Positions 49,874 to 59,537 of a stretch of 64,000 nt of DNA are shown piece by piece. Source of the DNA: an archaeon (GTDB taxonomy: Archaea > Undinarchaeota > CAZHTU01 > JBDRCC01); contig JBDRCC010000020.1 in the NCBI GenBank assembly GCA_043822065.1, positions 32,001 through 96,000 of the forward strand, read 5' to 3'. Position numbers and translations under genes: made by a program. Every line of letters starts with the position of its first letter. Positions within the stretch are counted from its first letter, which is position 1. Below the pieces are notes generated by a model that searched no databases, was not told where the DNA came from, and saw only the letters and a list, made by a program, of their open reading frames with translations.

Positions 49874-50469
49874 TGAGAGGCCAGTTCACACCGATAGGAG
49901 CAATACTAATTGTAGCAATCCTAATAGCCCTGATAAGCTGGACCTATCTCTGGGCAATCCCCGTCATAGAAAAGCAGAAGACCGCAGTCCTTTACGAATA
50001 CTCAAAAAGCGAGCTTGAGGAAATGCGCGACGCGGTCAGGTCCGTCGCAGGCGCGGAGGGCGCCCAGCGGACCGTCAATGTAAACCTCAAAAGCCTCGAG
50101 TTCCGCCTCAACGAGCGCGGAGGCGAATTCTCAAACTCAATTGACATGAAGATAGGCTCGGACGTAAAGCTGCTCTCGGACAGCTGGTCTGTTGTTGACT
50201 CCTCCGAGGACGACAAGGAGGCCGTCGGCGTGCTTGGCGAGGACAATGCAGGCGTCATAATAGGCAAGCAGGAAAAAGGGATACTATTCCTCCGCCTCTG
50301 GTACCGCGACCTTTACGACAGCCAGACAAAAAATTATTACAGGATAAACCTCGTCCGCAGTACCCCGTGGATAGTTGAGTCCGGGCGCCAGGAATTCGTC
50401 CTGAAGAATACTGCCCAGTACAAAGAGGGCGGCTACATAACAACCAACATAACGGTGTCGGTGAAGTAA
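49873..50469 (+). CDS. Minor pilin-like protein
   Basis: MRG/QFT plus hydrophobic helix. Confidence 0.75.
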   Translation: MRGQFTPIGAILIVAILIALISWTYLWAIPVIEKQKTAVLYEYSKSELEEMRDAVRSVAGAEGAQRTVNVNLKSLEFRLNERGGEFSNSIDMKIGSDVKLLSDSWSVVDSSEDDKEAVGVLGEDNAGVIIGKQEKGILFLRLWYRDLYDSQTKNYYRINLVRSTPWIVESGRQEFVLKNTAQYKEGGYITTNITVSVK

Positions 50470-50868
50470 ATGCGCGCGCAGGCGACCATCATTGAGCAAT
50501 TCATCCTCTTCGCAGCAGGCTTTGTCCTTTTTATCTACATCGCCGTAGGATTTGGCGGGATACAGGGCAAGTTCTTTTTTGAGGCGCAGGAGGGGGACCT
50601 CCACTACGTCTCCGAATACGTTGCCCTAGAAATCGAGCGCGCCTGGAGCCTGATGGAGATCGGGCACGATGCCGAAGTCGAGATTACAATTGGCATTCCG
50701 GCGCCGAGGAACACCCTCCTCGAGCTTGACGGCAGCAGCGTCTGCGCGTCCGCCGACGAAAACCGGGTTTGCACGAAGGCAAACGTTCCCGCATCCCTGA
50801 AAGGAAAGACTTATAGTTTAGAAAGATTTAGCATATTCGGCTCCGGGCAGGAGATCAGGATAGAATGA
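50470..50868 (+). CDS. Minor pilin-like protein
   Basis: MRA/QATIIE plus hydrophobic helix. Confidence 0.75.
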   Translation: MRAQATIIEQFILFAAGFVLFIYIAVGFGGIQGKFFFEAQEGDLHYVSEYVALEIERAWSLMEIGHDAEVEITIGIPAPRNTLLELDGSSVCASADENRVCTKANVPASLKGKTYSLERFSIFGSGQEIRIE

Positions 50869-52406
50869 AGGAAATATCGAGAAAGCACATGGGCGAGTGG
50901 ATGCCGGAAGACAGGAGCAAGGTCGACGAGACTTACGACCTGATAAAAGTTGGCTCAAAGGCATTTGCCAAGGCGCGCATACACTGGGATGGGAAGACAA
51001 ACTCCCTCAAGTACGAAGTCATCGAGCCGAAGATAGACGACAGGCTCAAGGGCATACTCAAGCAGATTGAGAGCATACTGATAGACCGGCTCGAGATTAA
51101 GTACGACAAGTTCGACATAAAGAAGAGCGAGGACTTCATAGGGCGCGAGATGGACGTCATCGCATCAGAGTACAACTTCACGCTTTCCGAGGCAGACAAG
51201 ACCGCCCTTAGCTATTATCTCCAGCGCGATTTCATCGGGCTCGAGCGGGTTGAGCCGCTCTTCCAGGACATCAAGCTTGAGGACATATCCTGCGACGGGA
51301 CGAACGTGCCAGTCTTCGTCTTCCACAGGAACCCCTCGTACGGCTCCATCCAGACAAACACAATCTTCAGCACTCAGGACGAAATAGACTCCTTCGTGAT
51401 GAAGCTCGCCCAGAGGTGCGACCGGGCGATAAGCGTCGCAGAGCCTCTCCTCGACGGGACCCTCCCAGACGGCTCAAGGGTCCAGGCAACGTTCGGCACT
51501 GACGTCTCAAGGCGCGGCTCGACATTTACCATTCGTAAGTTCACGCCGGAGCCGCTTACGCCGGTGGACCTCCTAAAATTCGGCACGACTGATACTAGGA
51601 CTCTCGCTTACCTCTGGCTCCTCATCGAGCACGGCTACTCCATCCTTGTCGCCGGCGCCTCAGCCACCGGCAAGACTGCCCTCCTGAACGCGCTTTCGCT
51701 CTTCATCCAGCCGGACGCAAAGATAGTCAGCATAGAGGACACTGCCGAGCTCAGGCTTCCGCACGAGAACTGGATACCGCAGGTCGCAAGGATAGGCTTC
51801 GGGCCGAGGGACGAGACCGGGGACAAGCTCGGCGAGGTAAGCATGTTCGACCTGCTCAAGGCAAGCATGAGGCAGAGGCCGGACTACATAATAGTCGGCG
51901 AGGTCAGGGGGCAGGAGACCTACGTCCTCTTCCAGGAGATGGCATCCGGCCACCCCGGGCTCAGCACCATGCACGCGGACTCCATAGACGCGGTCATGGA
52001 CAGGCTCGTAACCGAGCCGATATCCCTCCCGCCGAGCCTGATAGAGAACCTCGACGTCCTGATAGTCATAGTCCGCGAAAAGATCAAGGGCAAATACGTC
52101 AGGCGGATAAAGCGGATTGTCGAGGTCACCGGCTTCGACGCCAGAAACAACAAGCCGATAATAAACGAGGTCTTCAGGTGGGACCACGCAAAGGACAGCT
52201 TCCTGACCGTCTCCGAGAGCAAGCTCCTCAAGGACATAATGAACGAGCGCGGGGCAAACAGGGAGAGCCTCAATGAGGAGCTCCACCGGAGGGCGCAGAT
52301 ACTCGAGTGGTTTGTCAAGAAGAAGATTACAAACTACCGCGACGTTCACAAGTACATAGACATGTACTACACTGACCCTGCCGCGCTCCTTGACACACTA
52401 GGATGA
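50865..52406 (+). CDS. Type IV pilus assembly ATPase (FlaI/TadA-like)
   Basis: EDISCDG, GASATGKT, SIEDTAE, RQRPDYIIVGEVRG. Confidence 0.94.
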   Translation: MKEISRKHMGEWMPEDRSKVDETYDLIKVGSKAFAKARIHWDGKTNSLKYEVIEPKIDDRLKGILKQIESILIDRLEIKYDKFDIKKSEDFIGREMDVIASEYNFTLSEADKTALSYYLQRDFIGLERVEPLFQDIKLEDISCDGTNVPVFVFHRNPSYGSIQTNTIFSTQDEIDSFVMKLAQRCDRAISVAEPLLDGTLPDGSRVQATFGTDVSRRGSTFTIRKFTPEPLTPVDLLKFGTTDTRTLAYLWLLIEHGYSILVAGASATGKTALLNALSLFIQPDAKIVSIEDTAELRLPHENWIPQVARIGFGPRDETGDKLGEVSMFDLLKASMRQRPDYIIVGEVRGQETYVLFQEMASGHPGLSTMHADSIDAVMDRLVTEPISLPPSLIENLDVLIVIVREKIKGKYVRRIKRIVEVTGFDARNNKPIINEVFRWDHAKDSFLTVSESKLLKDIMNERGANRESLNEELHRRAQILEWFVKKKITNYRDVHKYIDMYYTDPAALLDTLG

Positions 52407-53275
52407 GCAAATACAACGAGCTGGCGCACAGGCTGTTCAAGAGGCAGGCGGACAGCTACAAGCATTATTTTGACAACCTCCGGATAGACCTCAAGAAGGC
52501 CAACATGGCAATCACGATTGAGGAATACCTGTCCACTGCCATGCTTTCTTCAGTCATCTCTTTTGTCTTCATCTCGCTAATCTGCCTCCCAGTCCTTTCG
52601 CTCCTTATCAAGGAAATCAACCCGATATTCCTCGTTCCGCTGTCCCTGGTCCTAGGCGTTTCTACCGGCTCGGCGGTTTTTGTCGCCTACCTCATGTACC
52701 CAACTTCCCAGGAGACAAGAATTAGCAAGCAGATAGACATGAACCTCCCGTTTGCTTCCATATACATGGCGACGGTCTCAGGCGCAGGGATACCTGCCCA
52801 CCAGATGTTCAAGCTCCTCTCCCAGTTCAAGGAATACGGCGTGGTCTCAAGGGAGGCAGGCACAATCTCCACAGAAACCGAGCTCTTCGGAAAGGACATC
52901 CAGGAGGCCATAAAGCGCGCAGCGGAGCGGACGCCAAACGAGGACTTCAAGGAGATGCTCTGGGGGATACACACCATAGTCTCCAGCGGCGGGAGCCTTA
53001 GGAATTTCCTGAGCAGCACGAGCAAGAACCTCATGCGCCAGTACAACATGAGGATAGAGCAGTTCGGGAAGAAGCTCTCCATGTTCCTTGAGCTTTACCT
53101 GACGCTGATATTCGTCGGGGCGATATTCTTCCTCATACTCAGCACCATCTTCGGGGCGATAGGCGCCGCGACCTCAACTGTGCTTTTCATGAACAAGCTG
53201 ATAGTCTACTTCGCCCTCCCAGTCATCACAATCTTCTTCATAGCAATAATAAAGAACATTTCACCAGGCGGATGA
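52403..53275 (+). CDS. Type II/IV secretion F-family platform protein
   Basis: TM helices with T2SSF-like loop; follows the ATPase. Confidence 0.88.
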   Translation: MSKYNELAHRLFKRQADSYKHYFDNLRIDLKKANMAITIEEYLSTAMLSSVISFVFISLICLPVLSLLIKEINPIFLVPLSLVLGVSTGSAVFVAYLMYPTSQETRISKQIDMNLPFASIYMATVSGAGIPAHQMFKLLSQFKEYGVVSREAGTISTETELFGKDIQEAIKRAAERTPNEDFKEMLWGIHTIVSSGGSLRNFLSSTSKNLMRQYNMRIEQFGKKLSMFLELYLTLIFVGAIFFLILSTIFGAIGAATSTVLFMNKLIVYFALPVITIFFIAIIKNISPGG

Positions 53276-54189
53276 TAGACCTAAAAGAGATGGCACCGGA
53301 AAAGAAGGTCCTTGTGTTCAGCGGAGCGAGTGCAGTTGTTCTCCTGCTCATCCCGTTCCTCTTCTACGGCAAGCCGGTTTTCCTGAAGCTGATAGGCGGC
53401 TTTACCTTTGGTGCCATCCTAATCGCGGCGATACCCTACCTTGCGATACTCTACATCCGGAAGCGGCGCGTGGTCGTCCTTGAGGACCAGTTCCCGAACT
53501 TCCTGCGGGACATTGGCGAGACTAAGAAGTCCGGCATGACACTCCCGCTTGCCATCCAGACAGCGACAAAGATAGACTACGGCGGGCTGAACGACGACAT
53601 AAAGCTGATGGCAAACCAGATTTCCTGGGGCGTGCCGTTCCCAGACGTAATCGAAAGGTTCTCCAAGCGGGCAAACTCCCCGTTTATCTCCAGGGCCGTA
53701 AGAATCATACTTGAGGCTGAGCGGAGCGGCGGGAACATCGCCGACGTGCTGGAATCCGTTGCTGAGGACGCAAGGATGATAAAGGAGGCTGAAATCCAGA
53801 GGGAGGTCTCCATGAGCGAATACCTCGCGACAGTCTACACTATATTCTTTATCTTCCTTGGCATAATCGTTGCGCTCAACCGCATCCTCCTCCCGCTCGC
53901 GTCAATCCCGGCAATCTCCGGATTCGGCGTAACCATGGCTGGCGGGACATACATCTTCAACGTGTCGTTCAAGATACTTTTCCTGCACATGACCCTGATA
54001 CAGGGGTTCCTCAGCGGCCTCCTTGCAGGGGAGATAAGCAAGTCCTCGCTGGTCGCAGGGCTCAAGCACTCCCTTATTTTCGTGCTTGCGGCATTCTTCG
54101 TGTTTATGGTCGCAGTCTATGACTTCCAGATCCAGTGCATGTTTGCGCCCACAGTGTCCATGTTCGAGGCGATGGGCTGCATCGGCTAA
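53272..54189 (+). CDS. Second F-family platform protein
   Basis: FPNFLRD..E..KSGM, DYGGL, QISWG, GLKH. Confidence 0.88.
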   Translation: MIDLKEMAPEKKVLVFSGASAVVLLLIPFLFYGKPVFLKLIGGFTFGAILIAAIPYLAILYIRKRRVVVLEDQFPNFLRDIGETKKSGMTLPLAIQTATKIDYGGLNDDIKLMANQISWGVPFPDVIERFSKRANSPFISRAVRIILEAERSGGNIADVLESVAEDARMIKEAEIQREVSMSEYLATVYTIFFIFLGIIVALNRILLPLASIPAISGFGVTMAGGTYIFNVSFKILFLHMTLIQGFLSGLLAGEISKSSLVAGLKHSLIFVLAAFFVFMVAVYDFQIQCMFAPTVSMFEAMGCIG

Positions 54190-54190
54190 G

Positions 54191-54655
54191 ATGAGGGGAC
54201 AAAACTATCTGGGCTTCTTAGTGTCATCCGTAGTCCTCCTGATTGTTGTTGCCTATGCCGCATCATCCATGGTCGACATCGTTGTCCCTGCGCTGGAGGA
54301 CAGGCAGGAAATGCTGATGGAGGTCCGCGCCTACTCTATCTTCCACCAGCTAGTGTCTTCGCCAGGCTACAAGGCGTCCTGGGAGGCAAGCCCCGGCTCG
54401 GTTGAGTTCATAGGGCTTGCAGAGGAATACGGCACCCTCTCATCGGCAAAGCTGCAGGCGCTGAAAAAGGCAAGCCCGGAAAAAATAAAGCAGTCTTTCG
54501 GCGATGAATACGACTATCAGATATGCCTTGGCGGATGCGGCGCGTACAGCGTCTCGACATCCTCTGTTGTCGAATCCCAAAGCGAGGTGTTTGTCCAATT
54601 CCCGGTAGCGATTGACGACGGGACTTACTCAACCTTGCGGGTGGTTGTCAGATGA
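54191..54655 (+). CDS. Minor pilin-like protein
   Basis: MRG/QNY plus hydrophobic helix. Confidence 0.72.
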   Translation: MRGQNYLGFLVSSVVLLIVVAYAASSMVDIVVPALEDRQEMLMEVRAYSIFHQLVSSPGYKASWEASPGSVEFIGLAEEYGTLSSAKLQALKKASPEKIKQSFGDEYDYQICLGGCGAYSVSTSSVVESQSEVFVQFPVAIDDGTYSTLRVVVR

Positions 54656-55053
54656 GGGCGTGGCTTAGGATTATCGAGGTCGTGATGGCAGCAATCCTGC
54701 TTATATCCTTCCTGCACCTTGCGCAGTCCCTTGCCTTTTACGAGCCTGACGTCAACCGCAAGCTGGCTGACCTGAACGTCCTCTCCCAGCAGGTCCTGCT
54801 TACGCTTGATAGCACCCCCATTGGCGAGAGCTACCTTCAGGAGGCAGTGCGCGCATCCGATTATGCAATGCTTAACGAGAAGACTGCGGAGATAGTCCCG
54901 CCGACCTACTTATTTGCTTACTCTACCGATGCAGTCTCAGCTAAGCTCCCTGCAGAGCCAGACATAGGCCACAGCTCTTATCTTGTTTCTTATCTCTCAG
55001 GCGGGGAAGTCAAGACAAAAAAAGTCGTGCTGTATGTCTGGAGGGCGATATGA
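54652..55053 (+). CDS. Minor pilin-like protein
   Basis: MRA/WLRIIE plus hydrophobic helix. Confidence 0.72.
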   Translation: MRAWLRIIEVVMAAILLISFLHLAQSLAFYEPDVNRKLADLNVLSQQVLLTLDSTPIGESYLQEAVRASDYAMLNEKTAEIVPPTYLFAYSTDAVSAKLPAEPDIGHSSYLVSYLSGGEVKTKKVVLYVWRAI

Positions 55054-55427
55054 GGGGGCAGTTCTTCATCCTCAGTGCAGTGATAATAATCGCGGCCATA
55101 GCTGGCATCGTCGTGCTCCTTTCCGGCGAGACAGTCTCACTCTACGCCAATGTAAACGATGACACGGACTTCAGGCTTTACAACCTCGAGTCGCAGGCCG
55201 AGACTGTGCTCCGGCTTTCAGTCCAGGCCGGGCTCTCGCTAAGCCAGATTGAGGACGCGTTCTCAGGTTACGCCGAATACTCGGAGCGCGAGCTTGCAAA
55301 GGAGAGGATTTCCGCAACTTGGGAGTATGAGCTGTCCGGCAGCCAGTCAAGCCCAACCCTCACCTACACGCTAACCCTGAAAAACGGAAAAACCGTCGTG
55401 CGGGACTCAGCAGCCGTTTCTCCATAG
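55050..55427 (+). CDS. Minor pilin-like protein
   Basis: MRG/QFF plus hydrophobic helix. Confidence 0.75.
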   Translation: MRGQFFILSAVIIIAAIAGIVVLLSGETVSLYANVNDDTDFRLYNLESQAETVLRLSVQAGLSLSQIEDAFSGYAEYSERELAKERISATWEYELSGSQSSPTLTYTLTLKNGKTVVRDSAAVSP

Positions 55428-55463
55428 GAAAAGATTTATACTATCCACCCATTAAAATGCACC

Positions 55464-56078
55464 ATGATTGAGGAGCTTCTAGGGGAGGTTGGAGCCGTCA
55501 AATTCGGCGAATTTACCTGGAAATCCGGAAAACAGGCGCCTTATTATGTCGACCTCAGGATACTGCCAAGCTTTCCGGAGGCGTTCAAGATAGTCGCGTC
55601 ACAGATGGCGGAAGCCGTGAAAAAAATCCCAGACTACCAGTCGCGCAGGCTGGTTGGCGTCCCGCTGTCCGGCATATCCTTTGCGACCGCTGTCGGCCTG
55701 GAGCTGAACATGCCGGTGCTCTTTGCCAGGAAAGAGGCAAAGGGGCACGGCACCAAGAAGCTGCTTGAGGGGATTTTCAAGGCAGGTGACAGGGTAATTC
55801 TCATAGAAGACGTAATCTCGACAGGCGTCAGCTCATCAGAGACGATAAGCAAGCTAAAAGAGGGGGGCCTTGCCGTCGAGGACATAGTCGCCGTGCTTGA
55901 GCACGGGATTGGCGGCAGGGAGAACCTGCACGCGCTCGGCCTTAGGGTCCACACCCTCACCAACATGACAAAGATTGTCAAGAGGCTTTCTTCCGGCGGA
56001 AAGGTCCCAAAGGAAAAGGTGAAAACAGTTGAGGAGTTTGTCAAAGCCGCCCTTACGGAACGAAATGCTAAGAACTAA
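55464..56078 (+). CDS. pyrE: Orotate phosphoribosyltransferase
   Basis: KSG...PYYVDLR, RKEAKGHG, LIEDVISTG. Confidence 0.94.
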   Translation: MIEELLGEVGAVKFGEFTWKSGKQAPYYVDLRILPSFPEAFKIVASQMAEAVKKIPDYQSRRLVGVPLSGISFATAVGLELNMPVLFARKEAKGHGTKKLLEGIFKAGDRVILIEDVISTGVSSSETISKLKEGGLAVEDIVAVLEHGIGGRENLHALGLRVHTLTNMTKIVKRLSSGGKVPKEKVKTVEEFVKAALTERNAKN

Positions 56079-56952
56079 GCTCGCAGGCGTCGAATTAAGG
56101 AACCCGCTTATACTTGCCTCAGGCATACTTGGGGACACAGGGCCCTCCCTCAAGCGGGCTTATGAGGCTGGCGCAGGCGCGGTCACGACAAAGTCGATAA
56201 ACGCAACAGAGCGCGAAGGCCACCCCAACCCGATAATAGTCGAGTACGAGCACGGCCTCCTGAATGCGGTGGGGCTTTCCTCCCAGCCGGCCGAGAAGTT
56301 CCTAAATGAGATAGACGCGTACTCCTTCCCGATCATAGTCAGCGTCCAGGGGCGCAAGCCGGAGGACTACGTGTCCGTCATCAAGCGGCTTGAGCAGAAG
56401 GCTGCAATTTTTGAGCTTAACCTTTCCTGCCCCAACATAGAGGGCATCATGCCGGCCGGCGACCCTGGCGAGGTGAAAAAAATAGTCTCCCTGGCATCAG
56501 CCTCAACCCAAAAGCCGGTTTTCGTCAAGCTAAGCCCTAACGTCCCTGACATTGCATCAATCGCAATGGCTGCCGAGCGCGCAGGTGCGGACGGAATAAC
56601 CGCGATAAATACAGTCGGCCCTGGGATGGTTATCGACATAGAGACAAAACAGCCAATACTCTCCTTCAAGAAGGGCGGCGTCTCCGGGCCCGCCATACGC
56701 CCGGTCGCGGTAAGGTGTATCTACGATATCTACGAAGCAGTGGAAATACCAATCATCGGCGTCGGCGGGGTTTTAACATGGGCGGATGCAGTCGAATTTG
56801 TCCTTGCGGGCGCAGTAGGCATCGGCGTCGGCACTGCGATAATGTACAGCGGCCTCCCAATCTTCAAGGAAATAGAGCAGGGGCTTTCTGCCTACCTCAA
56901 AAAGAACAAATTCAGCTCGCTTGATGAGCTCAGGGGGCTTGCCCATGAATAG
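56065..56952 (+). CDS. pyrD: Dihydroorotate dehydrogenase (family 1B)
   Basis: NLSCPN, VKLSPN, AINT, GGVSG. Confidence 0.94.
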   Translation: MLRTKLAGVELRNPLILASGILGDTGPSLKRAYEAGAGAVTTKSINATEREGHPNPIIVEYEHGLLNAVGLSSQPAEKFLNEIDAYSFPIIVSVQGRKPEDYVSVIKRLEQKAAIFELNLSCPNIEGIMPAGDPGEVKKIVSLASASTQKPVFVKLSPNVPDIASIAMAAERAGADGITAINTVGPGMVIDIETKQPILSFKKGGVSGPAIRPVAVRCIYDIYEAVEIPIIGVGGVLTWADAVEFVLAGAVGIGVGTAIMYSGLPIFKEIEQGLSAYLKKNKFSSLDELRGLAHE

Positions 56953-57694
56953 GCCGGAGGTAGTCTCAATAACAAAGGTCGTCCAGCACGCCCCTGACAT
57001 ACGGACGTTCATCCTCTCAAAAAGCTTCTCCCCGCGCGCCGGGCAGTTCTGCATGGTTTGGGTGCCTGGCACGGGCGAGATACCAATGTCCTTCTCACAT
57101 GAGAACGGATTCACCGTCAGGAAGGTCGGCAAGGTCAGCTCTGCCCTTTTCAAAATGAAGCCGGGCGACAAGCTTGGAATCCGCGGCCCGTACGGGAACG
57201 GGTTCAAGCTCAAGGGGAAGAGCGCGCTCATCGTCGCGGGCGGCTGCGGCGTTGCTCCGCTCCTTTTGCTTAACAAGCAGCTAAAGGCGAAAAAGGCAGT
57301 CATACAGGGCGGCTCAACCAAGCGCGACCTCGTCTTCAAGGGGGAGCTCGGCAGCATAAAATGCACCGACGACGGCTCGGAAGGCTACAAGGGGTTCCCT
57401 ACATCCAAGGTCGAGGAGCTCCTGAATAAAACGAAGTTCGACCAGATTTACACCTGCGGCCCGGAAGCCATGATGGCAAAGGTAGTTGAAATCGGGGCGC
57501 GGCACAGGATTCCTGTCCAAGCCAGCCTTGAGCGGTACATGAAGTGCGCGTGCGGCATCTGCGGCTCGTGCGTCCTTGACCCGAGCGGCCTTCTGGTCTG
57601 CAAGGACGGCCCAGTATTTACCGGGCGGCAGCTGCGCGGGACAAGCTTTGGAAAGACAAGGAGGTCGAAATCAGGTAAAAAATGCACGATTTAG
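56945..57694 (+). CDS. pyrK: DHODH electron transfer subunit
   Basis: RGPYGNGF, TCGPE, MKCACGICGSC, VCKDGPVF. Confidence 0.93.
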   Translation: MNRPEVVSITKVVQHAPDIRTFILSKSFSPRAGQFCMVWVPGTGEIPMSFSHENGFTVRKVGKVSSALFKMKPGDKLGIRGPYGNGFKLKGKSALIVAGGCGVAPLLLLNKQLKAKKAVIQGGSTKRDLVFKGELGSIKCTDDGSEGYKGFPTSKVEELLNKTKFDQIYTCGPEAMMAKVVEIGARHRIPVQASLERYMKCACGICGSCVLDPSGLLVCKDGPVFTGRQLRGTSFGKTRRSKSGKKCTI

Positions 57695-58959
57695 TCATCC
57701 TCAACGCAAAGGTCATGCGCCCAAAGGGGCTGGACGGGGTAAACATTGGAATCGACGGCGGCAAGATAACTGCCTTTGCAAAAAGCAAAATCCGCGCCGA
57801 GCGCACAATAGATGCGACCAGCTTCATAGTGCTTCCTGGGCTGATAGACATCCACGCCCATTTCCGCGACCCAGGCGAGACAAAAAAGGAGGACTTCTTC
57901 ACAGGCACCTGTGCGGCGGCGCACTCCGGCGTGACTACTGTCTTTGACATGCCGAATAATGACCCTCCAATCAAGAGCATGTCCGACCTGAGGCGGAAGG
58001 ACAAGATAGTCTCAGGCAAGGCGGTTATTGACTATGCGCTCTACCTTGGGGCAAAAAACCCCTACGAGGTTAAGGAGTCCCCGCTCACCAAATTCTACAC
58101 CGGCGGCTCCCAGCAGCTCTCAGTCTCCGAAAGGGAGTTTGAATCGTGCTATGCCGAAGCCAAGCACGCAGTCGTCCACGCAGAGGACTCGCAGGTCGTC
58201 GAGGCGAACCGGGCCAAAATAAAGAACCCGACAATCAAGGACCAATGCAGGATACAGGACGCCGAGTCTGCAGTCAAGGGGATAGAATTTGTCGGCAGGA
58301 TGTACCGGACCCACCAGCGCCAGACGCACGTAACCCACATTTCGACTCCAGCAGAAATATCCGCGCTCCTTCCGGGGATAAGCTGCGACATGACGCCGCA
58401 CCACCTCCTCCTCAGCAGGGACGATGCGGTCAACAACTTCTACAAGGTCGACCCGCCCCTCAGGCCGAAGGAGGACCAGAAAAAGCTCTGGCAGGAGCTC
58501 GAGGCAAGGGTCACAATGCTCTCCACCGACCACGCGCCGCACCTTAAGTCTGAAAAGGAGAAGGACTTTGAGGAAGCGCCGTCCGGCCTGCCAGAACTGG
58601 ACACTTACCTCCCCCTAATGCTAACAAAGGTAAACCAGGGCCTTCTCTCGCTGACTACATTTGTCAAGATGGCGTCTTCAAATCCCGCAGCGATATTCGG
58701 CTTAGAGTCAAAGGGCGCGATAGACATCGGCAAGGACGCCGACTTTGCGATAATAAACCTAAAAGAGGAAGGAGCTATACGGTCTGACAGCCTTTTCACC
58801 AAATGCGGCTGGACGCCGTACGAGGGCTGGAAAACTATAGGAAGCCTGAAAACGACGATAGTCCGCGGAGAAATTGTTTTTGATAACGGCGAGGTGACAA
58901 AGAAAAAATGGGGCAAGAATCTCCTATTGTCCTCGCGCTCGACACAACAGACAGAGTAA
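57682..58959 (+). CDS. pyrC: Dihydroorotase
   Basis: DIHAHFRDPG, DMPN, HIST, PPLR, TDHAPH. Confidence 0.92.
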   Translation: MHDLVILNAKVMRPKGLDGVNIGIDGGKITAFAKSKIRAERTIDATSFIVLPGLIDIHAHFRDPGETKKEDFFTGTCAAAHSGVTTVFDMPNNDPPIKSMSDLRRKDKIVSGKAVIDYALYLGAKNPYEVKESPLTKFYTGGSQQLSVSEREFESCYAEAKHAVVHAEDSQVVEANRAKIKNPTIKDQCRIQDAESAVKGIEFVGRMYRTHQRQTHVTHISTPAEISALLPGISCDMTPHHLLLSRDDAVNNFYKVDPPLRPKEDQKKLWQELEARVTMLSTDHAPHLKSEKEKDFEEAPSGLPELDTYLPLMLTKVNQGLLSLTTFVKMASSNPAAIFGLESKGAIDIGKDADFAIINLKEEGAIRSDSLFTKCGWTPYEGWKTIGSLKTTIVRGEIVFDNGEVTKKKWGKNLLLSSRSTQQTE

Positions 58960-59537
58960 GGGCGCTCGAGGTTGTTGAGAAGACAAGGGACCATTTGGCT
59001 GCGGTTAAGATAGGGTGGCCTGCACTTCTCAGCCTTGGCAAGGGCTTCATAACGGAAATCCGCAGAATGGGCATTCCTGTAATCGCAGACCTCAAGCTGG
59101 CTGACATTGACAACACAATAAAGCTCATAGTGGACCAGGTGCTCGCCGCCGGTGCGGAATACGTCATCGGCCAGCCGTTTGTCGGGAAGCAGTCCTACGG
59201 GCTTGTAAACCCGAAGAAGCTGATTCTCGTCGTTGAGATGAGCCACCCAGGCGCGCTTGAGTACATCCAGGGGCACACGGAGGCGTTCTGCAAAATGGCA
59301 AAGGAGCTTGGTGTGCATGGGATAGTCGCCCCCGCGACCAGGCCTGAGCGGGTCAGGCAGATACGCGAGTGGGTCGGCCCTGACATAAAGATATACTCCC
59401 CTGGGGTCGGAGCCCAGGGCGGAAGTGGAAAAGACGTGCTTGCCGCAGGCGCGAACTACATCATCGTCGGAAGGACGATATACGGCGACAAGGAGCCGGG
59501 AAAGGCAGTAAAAAAAGTTTTAGATTCCCTGAAGTAA
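58908..59537 (+). CDS. pyrF: OMP decarboxylase
   Basis: ADLKLADIDNT, SPGVGAQGG, IVGR. Confidence 0.94.
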   Translation: MGQESPIVLALDTTDRVRALEVVEKTRDHLAAVKIGWPALLSLGKGFITEIRRMGIPVIADLKLADIDNTIKLIVDQVLAAGAEYVIGQPFVGKQSYGLVNPKKLILVVEMSHPGALEYIQGHTEAFCKMAKELGVHGIVAPATRPERVRQIREWVGPDIKIYSPGVGAQGGSGKDVLAAGANYIIVGRTIYGDKEPGKAVKKVLDSLK

